From Octopus bimaculoides (taxonomy: Eukaryota), in NCBI RefSeq assembly GCF_001194135.2, contig NC_068999.1, positions 41,162,801 through 41,226,800 of the forward strand: DNA of 64,000 nucleotides, given 5' to 3'. How positions within the stretch are numbered: position 1 is the stretch's first letter; every line of letters starts with the position of its first letter. Below, piece by piece: positions 1 through 12,960 of this stretch. A program made the position numbers and the translations under genes. The notes under the pieces are model-generated. The model worked only from the letters and a program-made list of their open reading frames with translations, was not told where the DNA came from and searched no databases.

Positions 1-122
1 GACAAACTGCTTGGCAGCATTCCGTCCGTTTTTACTTTCTGAATTTAAATTCCGCCGAGGTTGACTTTGCCTTTCATCCTTTCAGGGTCGATGAATTAAG
101 TACCAGTTACGCACTGGGGTCG
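1..122 (+). mobile_element. tRNA-derived SINE, family B, truncated by assembly gap
   Basis: Contains ttaaattccgccgaggttgactttgcctttcatcctttcagggtcgatgaattaagtaccagttacgcactggggtcg, homologous to the copies at 24227-24442 (+) and 7080-7230 (-). Confidence 0.85.
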
Positions 123-344
123 NNNNNNNNNNNNNNNNNNNNNNNNNNNNNNNNNNNNNNNNNNNNNNNNNNNNNNNNNNNNNNNNNNNNNNNNNNNNNN
201 NNNNNNNNNNNNNNNNNNNNNNNNNNNNNNNNNNNNNNNNNNNNNNNNNNNNNNNNNNNNNNNNNNNNNNNNNNNNNNNNNNNNNNNNNNNNNNNNNNNN
301 NNNNNNNNNNNNNNNNNNNNNNNNNNNNNNNNNNNNNNNNNNNN

Positions 345-763
345 CTTCATTTCCTTTGCTTTATTGAATCGAAAATGAGTTGTTTCATCAGGACAATGCG
401 CGACCCCACACTGCAAAGATCACATCAGAGAAGATTGAAGAGCTTGGATGGGAAAAAATTCCTCATCCAACTTATTCTCCCGACCTTGCTCCTTCAGACT
501 AGCATTTGTTTCGTAGTTTACTGAATCATTTGGGGGACATAACTTTCGCAAGCCAGGAGGAGGTCGAAACTGACATTTCAGTGTTCTTCGCTTTGAAACC
601 AAAAGAGTTTTACATTGATCGCATTAAAAAGCTTGTATATAGATGGAAGGAAATCATAGATAATCAGGGAAAGTACATTGATGATTAAATTTCAATTAAA
701 TATAACATATGATCACTTGTTTTCTTTATTCAAAATTCGGACAGAACTTATGGGATGACCTGA
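345..763 (+). mobile_element. Mariner (DD34D) transposon 3' end with right terminus
   Basis: Transposase C-terminus followed by a terminus ...gaacttatgggatgacctga and then TA (764-765); the 5' part is lost in the gap. Confidence 0.85.
380..688 (+). pseudogene. Mariner transposase C-terminal fragment with in-frame stop
   Basis: Translates [46 protein letters not shown]...RWKEIIDNQGKYIDD*; 34 residues between the QDN Asp and the PSD Asp; YSPDLAPSD is the mariner signature. Confidence 0.92.
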
Positions 764-844
764 TATTTGAATATAAATACAAGACAGCACCACAGAGGAA
801 TCGACGTAAGCTTAAATAATAAACCTCGGTAAATGAACAGTCAT

Positions 845-1160
845 ATTGCGAGGGGGGTAGCTTGCTTACCAACCACATGGTTCCTGGTTCATTCCCACTG
901 CGTAGCTCCTTGGGCAAGTGTCTTCTACTACAGCCTCGGGCTGACCAAAGCCTTGTGAGTGGATTTGGTAGATGGAAACTGAAAGAAGCTCGTCGTATAT
1001 ATATAAATATATATGTGTGTGTGCGTGTGTGTGTGCACGTGTGTGTGTGTGTGTGTTTATCTGTGTGTTTGTCACTTGACAACTGATGCTGGTGTGTCTA
1101 AAGGCGGTGCTCCGGCATGGCCGCAGTCAGATAACTGAAGGTAGTATAAGAATAAAAGAA
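845..1160 (+). mobile_element. tRNA-derived SINE, family A, internally deleted
   Basis: Head (tagcttgcttaccaaccacatggttcctggttc...ccttgggcaagtgtcttctacta), internal (TA)/(TG) tract and tail (aaggcggtgctccggcatggccgcagtc) match the full copy at 28417-28765. Confidence 0.85.
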
Positions 1161-1189
1161 TATACACATATATTTATACACACACACAC

Positions 1190-1239
<50 letters not shown>

Positions 1240-1751
1240 GCATATGTGTGTTTGGGTGTACGCACATCTCGTTTTAAACGAAATGTTATTGCGGTGTCCA
1301 TTTGATAAGATTAATTGTTTTGTCTTTGTTAAATACGATATATTCATTGATCGCCCTGGCATAATATACAGTTTGTCTTCTGACTGTGTTTGTTGCTGTG
1401 TCTGAAGTATGTCTTTCGCCTTGCGTCTCTATGTATGACTCTATAAGTGCATGTGTGTGTGTGTCTGTAAGTGGAGATAATTAGTTAGATATTTCAAGAC
1501 ACCTTTACAGTCATGTCTGCATACATAAATATGTAAGTATACATTATATATAAGGTTTGTATATTTATGAGGATATATGAATGTATGCATAGAAAAATGC
1601 ATGCATACATATATATGTGTGTGTGTATGTGTGCACTACCCACACGTGTGTGTATAAATGTGTGTGTGTGTGTGTGTGTGTGTATTTATGCTCGTGTTTG
1701 TTCCCTACCACAGCTTGACAACCGGTATACATACATTCATACATACATGCA

Positions 1752-1787
<36 letters not shown>

Positions 1788-2584
1788 NNNNNNNNNNNNN
1801 NNNNNNNNNNNNNNNNNNNNNNNNNNNNNNNNNNNNNNNNNNNNNNNNNNNNNNNNNNNNNNNNNNNNNNNNNNNNNNNNNNNNNNNNNNNNNNNNNNNN
1901 NNNNNNNNNNNNNNNNNNNNNNNNNNNNNNNNNNNNNNNNNNNNNNNNNNNNNNNNNNNNNNNNNNNNNNNNNNNNNNNNNNNNNNNNNNNNNNNNNNNN
2001 NNNNNNNNNNNNNNNNNNNNNNNNNNNNNNNNNNNNNNNNNNNNNNNNNNNNNNNNNNNNNNNNNNNNNNNNNNNNNNNNNNNNNNNNNNNNNNNNNNNN
2101 NNNNNNNNNNNNNNNNNNNNNNNNNNNNNNNNNNNNNNNNNNNNNNNNNNNNNNNNNNNNNNNNNNNNNNNNNNNNNNNNNNNNNNNNNNNNNNNNNNNN
2201 NNNNNNNNNNNNNNNNNNNNNNNNNNNNNNNNNNNNNNNNNNNNNNNNNNNNNNNNNNNNNNNNNNNNNNNNNNNNNNNNNNNNNNNNNNNNNNNNNNNN
2301 NNNNNNNNNNNNNNNNNTATATACAAAAGCAAACAAACACACACACATATGCTATGCCTGAAAAGCTTATTTCCGTCTCTCCTTATCGATTATATAGCGG
2401 AATGGAATATGTATTCAAAGGATTCGAGTTCGTTTCGCCGCATATCAAGCGATTTGTTTGGTTCATACAGAATAATTGACTTGAGTCAATTACTTTACCA
2501 AGATTACTCACAGACAGGTTTTTATCATCATATGAGTAAAATGCATCCTTGGTGCAATCGATTTGGCTACCATTTCCTTTACTC

Positions 2585-2989
2585 CAGGAACGTGCCGTTA
2601 GTAATTACTCAGGGTAGGCAGTTGGCAACATTTATGTAGTAAAACACACATACACACACAAAAAAATTTTAATAAGCGAAACACAGGCGCGCGACTGAGA
2701 TGGAGGCAGATTTACTTCTGCCTTTATAGCACGTAAAGAAAACGTTGTTGTAGGAATGTACGCAGCACGTATAATACAGCAGTGCTCTGCGTAGTTTAAA
2801 TACTGAGATTGAAAAGCAGGGACGAATTATGCCTACCTAATCTCCCAAAAAATAATATATTTTCCATTTTATGCATTGTAATCAGAGTAATTAGCTGCAT
2901 ATTTTCCCATAAAAGGAAAATGTAACTATTGATCTATTTTATTCAGGGTAGGCACTGCCTACCTTGCCTACCGAGGGGACACGGCCCTG
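2585..2989. mobile_element. Non-autonomous hAT-type MITE (405 bp) with exact 8-bp TSD
   Basis: Imperfect TIRs CAGGAACGTGCC / (rc) CAGGGCCGTGTC; CTTTACTC on both flanks (2577-2584, 2990-2997); internal GGTAGGCA/TGCCTACC repeats. Confidence 0.85.
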
Positions 2990-3104
2990 CTTTACTCCTT
3001 TCAAATCTATTTGAATTTTCCGACAATAACGTAAAATTCATCCTGGATCCTTTCCCTCATTCCTTCTGTTCCTTAATAATTGTTTGCAATTTTGGGACAG
3101 GGTG

Positions 3105-3285
3105 AACATATCTTAAGGAGGGTGGAATCGGTTACATCGATGCTAGTATTTGATTGGTATTTATTTAATTGACTCCGAAAGGATGGAAATCAAAGTCAAA
3201 TTCGGTGGAATTTATACTGAGAACGTAAAACCGAAAGAAATCCCGTTGAGCATTTTGTCCGATACGCTAACGATGTTACCAATTA
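3105..3285 (-). mobile_element. SINE family B, diverged
   Basis: Reverse-complement similarity to the family B core (ttgactccgaaaggatggaaatcaaagtcaaattcggtggaattt). Confidence 0.7.
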
Positions 3286-4089
3286 ACTAACTACCTTCAT
3301 TTGTCTCGTAATACAACCACCATAGAGAGACGCGAGCTGGTATATATAACTAACAAATGTATCAGTCGACACAGATACTGAATGATTTAAATGAGTGTTG
3401 CTAAGAAACATTGAAATTCTGCCACTGATAAGCAACGTGTTTTGCAGAATATATTTAGATGTACCATTGCGTAGTGTATTTAACATAGCACACAATCAAG
3501 CCCGCACGCATGCCGCATGCACACACACATAGCAAGTGAATATATTGATTCACGTTGTGTAGATACATGTATAACTGCATAGATTAATGCACAGACAGAT
3601 AGACGAACGGCTAACTGAATGGATGGATGGATGGATGAATAAAAGATGGATGAACAAATTAGACATATTTTTAGAAGACAGGTAAGAAGATGTATCGACG
3701 GGCATACATTAAGACAGACAGACAGATAGACAGAAAGATTGATACATAAATAATTGATAGATAGATAAACAGACGATAGATAGTTACATATTTAAATAAA
3801 CAAACAATTTATTTATTTAGATGAAAAGAAAACAAGATAAAAACAATATCTAAAAATTATGGATTCATTTGCTTGAATATTTTCTTGAATTTAAAAACAA
3901 TATGCGTTAACATTTGTAATTTTTTCTAAAATATAACATTCAATATGTTTTCGCTTAAGAAAACAAGCATTTCTCTTTTTCTTCTCTAAATATACAAATC
4001 TTGTCAATAGAAATCTCAATGACACTCTTGTGAAGTTCATGGAACCTCTTTGGGAAAAAAAACCCGAACATAAAACAAATTCCACACAC

Positions 4090-4105
4090 AAAAATCACAC
4101 ACACG

Positions 4106-4200
<95 letters not shown>

Positions 4201-4230
4201 ACGCACGCACGCACACACGCACACACACAC
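4090..4230. repeat. (CA)n / (CACG)n compound microsatellite
   Basis: Directly visible tandem repeat. Confidence 0.95.
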
Positions 4231-4548
4231 AAGATATAACATTGGACATCATCAATGAAGAATATTGTTTCTCAAGTTGGCATCGAGTGCGTTGAAGAAT
4301 GAAGTTAAATAGGTTTTTTGTTTGTTGGTTGGATTTTTGGTTTTGTTTTCTCGACGCACTCAACATTCTCAACTCTTCTCTGAATGGCTCTCGTCTATTC
4401 TAATTGGTGACAAGTAGTTGTTGCTGAATGATATAAATGATAATACGAAATATATTTATGTTTTAGCATGTATGTATGTAGGCTGTAAATATGTATATAT
4501 TATAGGTGTATATATGTTTGTTTGTATAAATATATATGTCTGAGTATA

Positions 4549-4598
<50 letters not shown>

Positions 4599-5879
4599 TG
4601 CATATACATACGAATCTGTATGTATATATGTACACATATACAAGCGTGTACATATATAGGTACATTTAAATGTGTGCGTGTGTGTATTTGCGCGTATTTG
4701 TGTGTGTTTGTGCATGTGTTTTCTAAGATAAATAAATCACTTCGAAAATGTGTGCAGCTTAAATCCGCAAAATATTTCATTATTATGCGCATACAAAATA
4801 CAAACATACACACACATAGATGGATAGATAGATAGATAGATAGATAGACATACAAACGTATAAAGCCTGGGATGAAGGTGAAAGGCAAGTGTTGTTGTGG
4901 GATACGGAGAACTTCAGAAAAATAGATGTAACATCAGCAACCGATAAGCGTAAAGAATACAATATTGGATAGAGTTTGAAAGAAAAAAAAAATGAGTATG
5001 CTTAATTAACTTTAGAAGGACTATAATAATATATGTTTAATTAAGTTAGAGTGGTTATGTGTAGGTCGTAGGTTTAATATATATATTAACTTGAAAATAT
5101 TATCTAAGATTTAAAACAAAGGGAGAATTATATTTGTAAACAGCTGTTTTTTTCAGCTATAAGATCTTTTTTATAAATGAGCCACCAGCAATGTTATAGT
5201 AATTAACTAATTATAATTTTGGCTGCTTTAATTGTAAGTTTGTGTTTTAATTAGTTAAATCACTAGTTATACGATAAGGTAATTTAAACTAATCCTTTTG
5301 AAATAAACATGTTTTTATGATAATCCTATCGAAAATTAATAGTAAAACGAATGGCTTGCCAAGACAGGACTGTTTCCATTGTTGGCTGAAATTGCAATTG
5401 GTGACGGCGGAATCCAGTACTGCATGCTGGAGTTCGATGTCTAAAGACGCACCTTCCAACTAACATTGCTTGGGGACCAAAACAAAACGTGTCATAGGTG
5501 GCTCGGCTCATTTAGGAGTTAGTGGCATTCTTGTCCTTAAGAAGAGTTGGGTCCTACGGGATTACAAATTCAATGAAATACTTGAATAGAAGTCATCTCG
5601 ACGTGCAATTTTATACCAGATCAGTCGTGGCCCGGATTGATAACTGCTACGTTCCTCACGAAAGGTTGGGGAAGGAGGCGAAGACATATATTCAAAGACT
5701 CCAAGACCGAAACGGGTGGAAAAAGATTGCTTAAAAAGTTCTGGTGCTTCAACAAGAAGAACGTTACGGGTACGATTTGACTTTCTTTAACCTAATTCGT
5801 CAGAACAGCATCGGATACCTTATTCATCGGAATAAAGCTATAAAGAGTGATAACTTTGTTTTGAACGAGATTTTGTGAT

Positions 5880-6170
5880 AAATTTGCTTATATACAATTC
5901 TCAGTCACATGCTTTGTGGTTAAGAAGTTCGCATTGTGACCATGTGTTTTTAGTTCCAGTGTGCAGCACTGAGAAAGGATCTCTTGTTATAGTCCCGGAT
6001 TCGAACAATGCCTTGTAAGTGAATTTTTTAGACGGAAACTGTGTGGAAACCCATCGTATGTATGTGTATGTGTGTCTTTGTCTGTATGCCTGTCTTTCTC
6101 CAGCTTCGCTTAACAACTTGTCTCGGCTTGTCTACGTCACTGTAACCTAGTGGTTTGGAATATGTGGCTA
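5880..6170 (+). mobile_element. SINE family A, diverged
   Basis: gtggttaagaagttcgc...gacggaaactgtgtggaaacccatcgtatg...gtaacctagtggtttgg parallels the family A head and body. Confidence 0.65.
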
Positions 6171-6859
6171 AACCAAGCAAACCGTAAAACGTATAATCTG
6201 ATATGTGGCTTTTAGTGGAAATATGAAATATTTTAAATCTGTTAAATTGCTAAAATTATAAAGAATATTTATGGCAAAGATGTAATTGACATTTAAAGAA
6301 AGATAAAATATTGTATGAAGTAATTAAGATGGAATGTATTTAAAACAGGAATATATACGTAAGGAGGGATCTGGACATGGGTTAAAAGCGGATGAAAACA
6401 TAACAAGTAATAAATTTTATACAAACTATTGCAGTGAAGAAATAATTTCTTTTAATAAACAGGACGTCTTTAAATGTTTAATATGACCCAAAGGCTCATT
6501 CTAGTGGCCTATTAACATATAAAGGGCATATAATTTCGACAAACGCAATTTGAGAACAATTACATCTTGGGAATAAATAAAAAATTAATTTAAAATTAAA
6601 ACTTCTCTTTCATTTGACTAAAAGAATAGACGATAACAAGATGGGGCTAACTATTAAATATCATAAATAATTTGGAATGGGAAAATATTCGTAATGTAAT
6701 AAACGTGATAGACTGTTGACTCATAATATTTAAATACTAATATTTCTAATGAATATGGAGATATAAAACACTTATTCAGACAGAAATCGATTTATCTTAG
6801 AATACTATACCATCTGGAATATTTATGTGCAGATAAAAACTGATTGACTATGTTCTACA

Positions 6860-7001
<142 letters not shown>

Positions 7002-7079
7002 GATAAATAAGAGAAAGAACGTTAATCTTCGCTTAACATTATCATCATCTTAAGAAGAAGGAGAACATAGGAACAAGGC

Positions 7080-7230
7080 TTTAACTGGTACTTATTTCAT
7101 CGACCCCGAAATAATGAAAGGCAAAGTCGACCTCGGCGGAATTTGAACTCAAAACGTAGCGACCGGCGAAATACCGATAAGCATTTCATCCGGCATGTAT
7201 CCATTCTGCCAGCTCGCCACCCTCATCAAT
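7080..7230 (-). mobile_element. SINE family B
   Basis: actggtacttatttcatcgaccccgaaataatgaaaggcaaagtcgacctcggcggaatttgaactc...ctgccagctcgcc followed by (AAT)n; reverse complement of 24227-24442. Confidence 0.88.
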
Positions 7231-8042
7231 AATAATAATAATAATAATGACAGCAGCAGCAGCAGTAGTAGTAGTAGTAGTAGTCTGTGTATTTTATATA
7301 ATGTGGGTATACCGTAAGAAAGCCTGAACATTGATGCATTTGTGTTGAGAAACCAACTCGTATAGACGAATACCGGATTGGTGTGGTTATCTTACGTTCT
7401 ATCCACATTGAGTAACATACACAAATTGCTATTCTAACGGAATACTGCGTGCGTCGCTAATGACGAATAACAGTGAAGATGATGATGATGAGGATGATGA
7501 TGATATCAGCAACAACAACAACACCAACACTAGTAACAACAACAATAATAATAATAATGTGCAATGGGAAATATTCATTTAATTAAAAAATGAAATATTT
7601 AAGTGAAGATTAGCGGCCAATTTATTAAGCATGTGGCAACACTTAATCAAAAGGTAAGGACTTTGAGGACAATCGGATCGGATTAGTAACGTCGGTAATC
7701 CCGTATTGAACATACTCAGATCGGCATTAAAACTAAATCTTTCATATTGCCTAAAGTCTTTAATGAATTTAACTTTCAACATTAATGTTAGTGGCACCAT
7801 TCGTAGAAATCTCTTCAATATTTTCTGCATAGAACAAATGCACATACACAAGGAGAAATGTGTATATAGGAACTCACATATATAAGATTTGTGAGATAAA
7901 TACACAAACATATGCATACTATATACAAAGATGTTATATGTTTTCATATACATACATACTTCCCTGTATGTGTATACATGTGTGAGCGTCTGTGTAAAAA
8001 CATATGCATGTATATATGCACATATATGCCTGCATTTATATA

Positions 8043-8114
<72 letters not shown>

Positions 8115-8373
8115 AAAGTGTATATATGTGTTTGTTATAAATATGTTTAGCGACAATTATAGTTTTCCTTTTTGGTAAAACATTGCACACATTTGTTTAT
8201 ATTAAATTATAATTCATGATGTTTCAAAAGAATTTGATATCATTTGGATATCATGTGAATATCACAGAAACTACAATATCACAGAAAACTACAAACCAAA
8301 TGAAACTAAACACGCTTTATTCCTCCAGATTTGAATGAGAAATTCAAAAGGTCTGTGGATTCCATGAACGATT

Positions 8374-8860
8374 TCACAAATGTTTAATATGTCCTCCGCC
8401 TGAGACACGGCACACGTCAAATCGATAGTCCAGCTCCCCCCAAACATGCTGCAGCATGTCTTGGGTAACAGTCTCCAGTGCCATAGTGATTCTCTGCTCG
8501 AGTTCCTCTAGGTTTGCAGGAAGAGGGGTGCATGGACCAGGCCCTTCAAACAGCCCCAGAGAAACAAATCGCAAGGTGTCAGGTCAGGTGAACGTGGCGG
8601 CCATTTAAACAGCACATTGTCTTAATCACCATTAAACCCCATCCATCTCCCTCGCATATTGTCATTGAGATAAGATCGCTCAGTGAGTTTCCAGTGAGGT
8701 GGAGCCCCGTCCTGTTGAAATATGAAGTCTTCTTGTTCATTTGCAATGAGTGCGTCCATTAGCCAGTTCTGAAGCATTTGCAAATAAACATCGCCGGTCA
8801 CATTTCCTTCAAAGAAGAACGGGCCATGAAGAGGCTTCTTGGAGATGGCGCAGAGACACG
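8374..8860 (-). pseudogene. Tc1/mariner transposase catalytic domain, rosa/DD41D(Visitor)-like, disrupted
   Basis: CAISKK..HGPFFFEGNVTGDVYLQMLQNWL...FIFQQDGAPPHW...GRWMG...*...WPPRSPDLTPCDLFLWGCLKG, then a frameshift into PANLEELEQRIT...VCRVSGGGHIKHL*. Possible degenerate terminus near 8215-8232. Confidence 0.9.
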
Positions 8861-8954
8861 TGGGATGGAGAGTCACTGAGGAGGTCACATGTGTGTGACG
8901 ATATATTACAGACAAAGGATATGGAATAAGGGCAATATTAATAAACAAGTGGAG

Positions 8955-9071
8955 ACCTAAAATATAGTGCGTGTGTTTATTTGGCAAGAGAAAGAAAACA
9001 ATGACCATCCCGAAATATAACAAAATCTGTTTCAACAAACGATGTAATTCACATCAGAAATCTTGCAAAAC
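8955..9071. repeat. Dispersed repeat abutting (TA)n; second copy at 51001-51085
   Basis: atgaccatcccgaaatataacaaaatctgtttcaacaaacg...cacatcagaaatcttgcaaaac versus atgaccatccccaagtacaacaacatctgtttcaacacacgattccacatcaaaaatcttgcaaaac. Confidence 0.8.
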
Positions 9072-9083
9072 GAATTCATAATC

Positions 9084-9148
<65 letters not shown>

Positions 9149-9603
9149 CATACATACATACATACATACAGAGAGAGAGAGAGAGAGAGAGAGTGAGTAT
9201 CAAAGAATTCACTATAGGCTTCTGGCTTAGTGCGTGATTATAAATACCGTTGCTTACGTCACTAACGCAGATTACGAATCAGTTGCTAACAAATGCAAGA
9301 GACATCTATTCTCTCACTACACCTGTGTTATCTGGTCAAAAAAGTGCGTGTGCGCATGTGCATACTAAATATGCGTGTGTAGTGTGTTTCTATCTGCCTA
9401 TTTGTGTTTAGTCAATATGTGCTGTGTAAATGGAACGTTATAAATAGAAAATCTTGGTTGGAAATTATTAGAAATGTGAATTTAATATTCATTTTCTGGA
9501 GTGGCCGAAATTTAAGATACGCACCAGGAGTGAAATAATACATGTGCATTTGTATACGCATTCATATGTATGTGTATACAATTCATATACAACCGCATCC
9601 GCG

Positions 9604-9634
<31 letters not shown>

Positions 9635-10444
9635 CACACACGTATATATGTTTATAGATATGCATGTATACTCGTGTTACACGTATGCAAATACATATGC
9701 TATGTGTGCCTATGCAAATACATATATTTACGCAGACCTAAACGCACGTGTGTGTGTGTATGTGTGTTTTAAAGAATATGGTGGCAGAAGAGAAATGAAA
9801 TGAACCGCATTAAATTTAGCTGTAAATTTTGTATACGCTCTGCACTTCTGATTACACTGGGAGTTGCATGAATATATTGATGCAGAGAATCTGTCGACTT
9901 GCAAATTCTGAAAAGATTCCGAATTTTCTAGATTCCAGTGATTTAAACCGAATTAACTGAATGCCAGAATTAACTAGCATAATCTTAAGATTGTTTATTA
10001 GGTCTTTTAGTATTGTGCAGAATCTAAACGCCGCGTTAAAAAGTCATACACAATGCTGGAATTAAATAGGTTTTGGTGCGGTTTCTTTCGGTGTGTGGCT
10101 ATTGTTGTTTGTCGTGATTATTATTTTACGTAATCCATAAAAAAGAATATCTTTCGGGAAGTACTAAAATATCACAGCAAAACACTCTCTATGGAAGCAC
10201 GACTTCCTATAAAGGAGAGCTTTTCTAAAGAGTTTTTCCTTTCAGGGTATGGACATATAGATAAACAGACAGATAGATAGATAGATAGATAGACAGACAG
10301 TGACAGAGAGAGACAGATGGACGGACGGTTAGGCTAAGAAGTTCGCTTTATAACCACTTCATTTTCATTTTGGTCCTACTGCATGACGTCTTGGGCAAGT
10401 AAATGTCATGTATAATATTAATGAACCTTGCGTGTACGTTCATT

Positions 10445-10515
10445 GCATGTGCCGCCGGGTCTCCAACTCACGACTTTATCATCGTGATCCGAATATGCTA
10501 ACAACTAAGACACGT
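10445..10515 (-). mobile_element. tRNA-like SINE head (family C)
   Basis: rc reads gtgaaggcacgtgtcttagttgttagcatattcggatcacgatgataaagtcgtgagttggagacccggc, with A-box/B-box-like spacing. Confidence 0.55.
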
Positions 10516-10549
10516 GCCTTCACCTTATACATAAATGTGTGTGTGTGTG

Positions 10550-10790
10550 TGTGTCTCAGTGGCTAAAGCGTCGGACTTAAAATCGTGAGGTTGTGGTTCC
10601 CGGACTGAATTGTGTGTTATGTTCTTAAGCAAGACACTTTATTTCACGTTGTTCCAGTTCACTCAGTTATAGAAATGAGTTCAGACGTAATGCCAAGCTG
10701 TATCGGCCCTTGGCTTTCCCCTGGTCAACATTAGCGTCAGGGAAAGGTGAGGCTGGCGTGCATAGGTGACTGTTAGTCTTCAACAAAACA
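10550..10790 (+). mobile_element. tRNA-derived SINE (family C) with central domain
   Basis: ctcagtggctaaagcgtcggac head then gttcttaagcaagacactttatttcacgttgttccagttcactcag, resembling the central domains of V/Meta/CORE-type SINE superfamilies (superfamily not assigned). Confidence 0.65.
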
Positions 10791-12234
10791 AACTTACCTT
10801 CATAACAGAAGGGGGTCTTTACTCTTTATACACGAATGCGCGCGCACACACACACACAGACACATATATATATATTATAGGGTGTTGTAGGATGTAAAAC
10901 CGGAGTATTTTCGATGCAGCACTCAATCCGAGCACATAGCTATCTACACGCTCGAACCATAGCCACCAGAAGGATCGAAATTTTACTGGTTTCGAAAATT
11001 CCGATACATCACCAGAAAATACATTTTATAGGTTTTCTGAAGGGTAATAGATCATCGAAATACGAGGACGAGATATAAGTTTAGCACATCTTCAATTACC
11101 AATTATAATTGTTTCAGTAAAACTTCGTCTTTTTTTCCGAAGCAGTACCAAAACAGTTATACATGGTAAATAAAGATGTGCTAATCTTTTTCTTCGTCTC
11201 CTGATTCGTTCAGCGCCAAGCTACATGGCTCTCTTATCATTTTTCGTAGCAATAACGTAGTGAGCGAAAGATTTTCCATGATGTATCTGCAACAACGAAA
11301 TAGGTTTTCAATGGACGTTATTGTTCATAAAATGTAGTATATATGGACATAAAATTTAAAAAATAATAAAAAAGCACAACATTTTTGCTGTTTTTGTTTG
11401 TGACAAACTCGAAGCCAACCATAGCAAAAACACTCCACACTAGCAGTAGAAATAACAAAACCGCAGAAGAGTGCTAATATTACTACTGCTCCTACTATCA
11501 AGTATACGATAACAAAAAAAATTCAACAGTAGATACGAGGCAAAGGTGAACGTTTCTTTAATTGCAGTGAGGACACCACGTAAGAAGATTTCAAAGCAGA
11601 GATTCAAACTTAAAAGAGAGCGGGGATGACATGGGATGGGAAATGATTCCGTGCTACGCAAATTTTATAGAAAACTAGAAGTGAGGTTATATGCATAGGA
11701 ACACACATAGTCTTGAGTGTGTGTGTGTGTGTGTGTGTGAATATATATATATGTTCATATATATATATATATATATTGTGTGTCTGTTCATATATATATA
11801 TTTTTTTTTTTTGTATGTGTTCATATATATGTGTCTGTGCGAGTGTGTGTATATATGTATGTTCATATATATATATATATATGTATATATATTGTTATAT
11901 ATATATTGTTATATATGCATACGGGTGTGTGTATAAACGCATATAGACGACGAAAGAGGGGAGGGAATTAAAGAAAACCAGGAATTAGGTTATCTGTACA
12001 TGAGTGTGTGCAAAATAATATGTTCATATACGTGACATAATCATTTAAATATATGTAGATAAGTATGCGTACTTACTAAAATGACGTATAAATAATATCA
12101 ATGGCAATAATAAAAATAACAATAATTATGTTTTCGTATGGAAACTAATCCAAATGTAAGCAGGATTAAAATACAATAACAGATAACAAAAATACATCAA
12201 CAGCAAAGTAGCAAACAAACACACACACACACAT

Positions 12235-12281
<47 letters not shown>

Positions 12282-12731
12282 CACACANNNNNNNNNNGTA
12301 AACATCACTTTGTAAGCTAATTCCGAAATCGAGGTTTTTCGTTTCCTTTAACGTACAAGGAAATCTGTTTAAAATAACAAAAAATGTATGCATAATGTAA
12401 TTTTTTTTATCTTGTACACGAACACAGAATGCTGATAAATATATTAAAACTAATACGACTATTCAAAATACGGTGATGAGGTTGGTGATGGTGATGTTGA
12501 TGATGATGATGATGATAATAACAGCAACGACAATATTGTATCTCAGTGTATTCGTATTAAAGTCAATTTGTACCGTTTTACTTTCATTTTGCAAGGTATG
12601 ATTATTGGAGGTGAAATTGCGTTCGTGTTTCGGAGTGTGTAGATTCACAGAGGGACAGAAAACAGTACTGTTAATCCAGATGTATGTTTTACAATTTATA
12701 CAAGACACGCGAGCACACTTACACAAAAACA

Positions 12732-12787
<56 letters not shown>

Positions 12788-12819
12788 GTCAGCTTTAAAT
12801 AACCAATGAATAAACGAAT

Positions 12820-12960
12820 AAAATTAATGGACAACAAGAGATGTATTAGCTTGACGCATGGTGAAAAGAGCGTTTGACGTTTCGAGCATAGCTCTTCGTC
12901 AGAAAGAAAAAAGGGGAAAAGTCCAAAGAAGGAAAACAAATTGACACTAGCACGTGCGCA
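12820..12960 (-). mobile_element. Short Penelope pLTR-like / retrozyme-like cassette (family H1)
   Basis: Homologous to 14306-14472 and 63110-63270 (tattagc/tatgacgc...tttgacgtttcgagc...gctcttc..cagaaag). Confidence 0.65.
12873..12905 (-). ncRNA. Minimal type-I hammerhead ribozyme motif
   Basis: Sense UUU-CUGACGA-A-GAGC(UAU)GCUC-GAAA-CG-UC-AAA: intact core, 4-bp helix II, palindromic ACGU helix III, GUC site, 3-bp helix I. Confidence 0.7.

Noticed and set aside
7579-7830. Non-repetitive tail of the 203-aa minus-strand ORF
   Set aside because: Most of the ORF is microsatellite, and the remainder has no recognisable motif.
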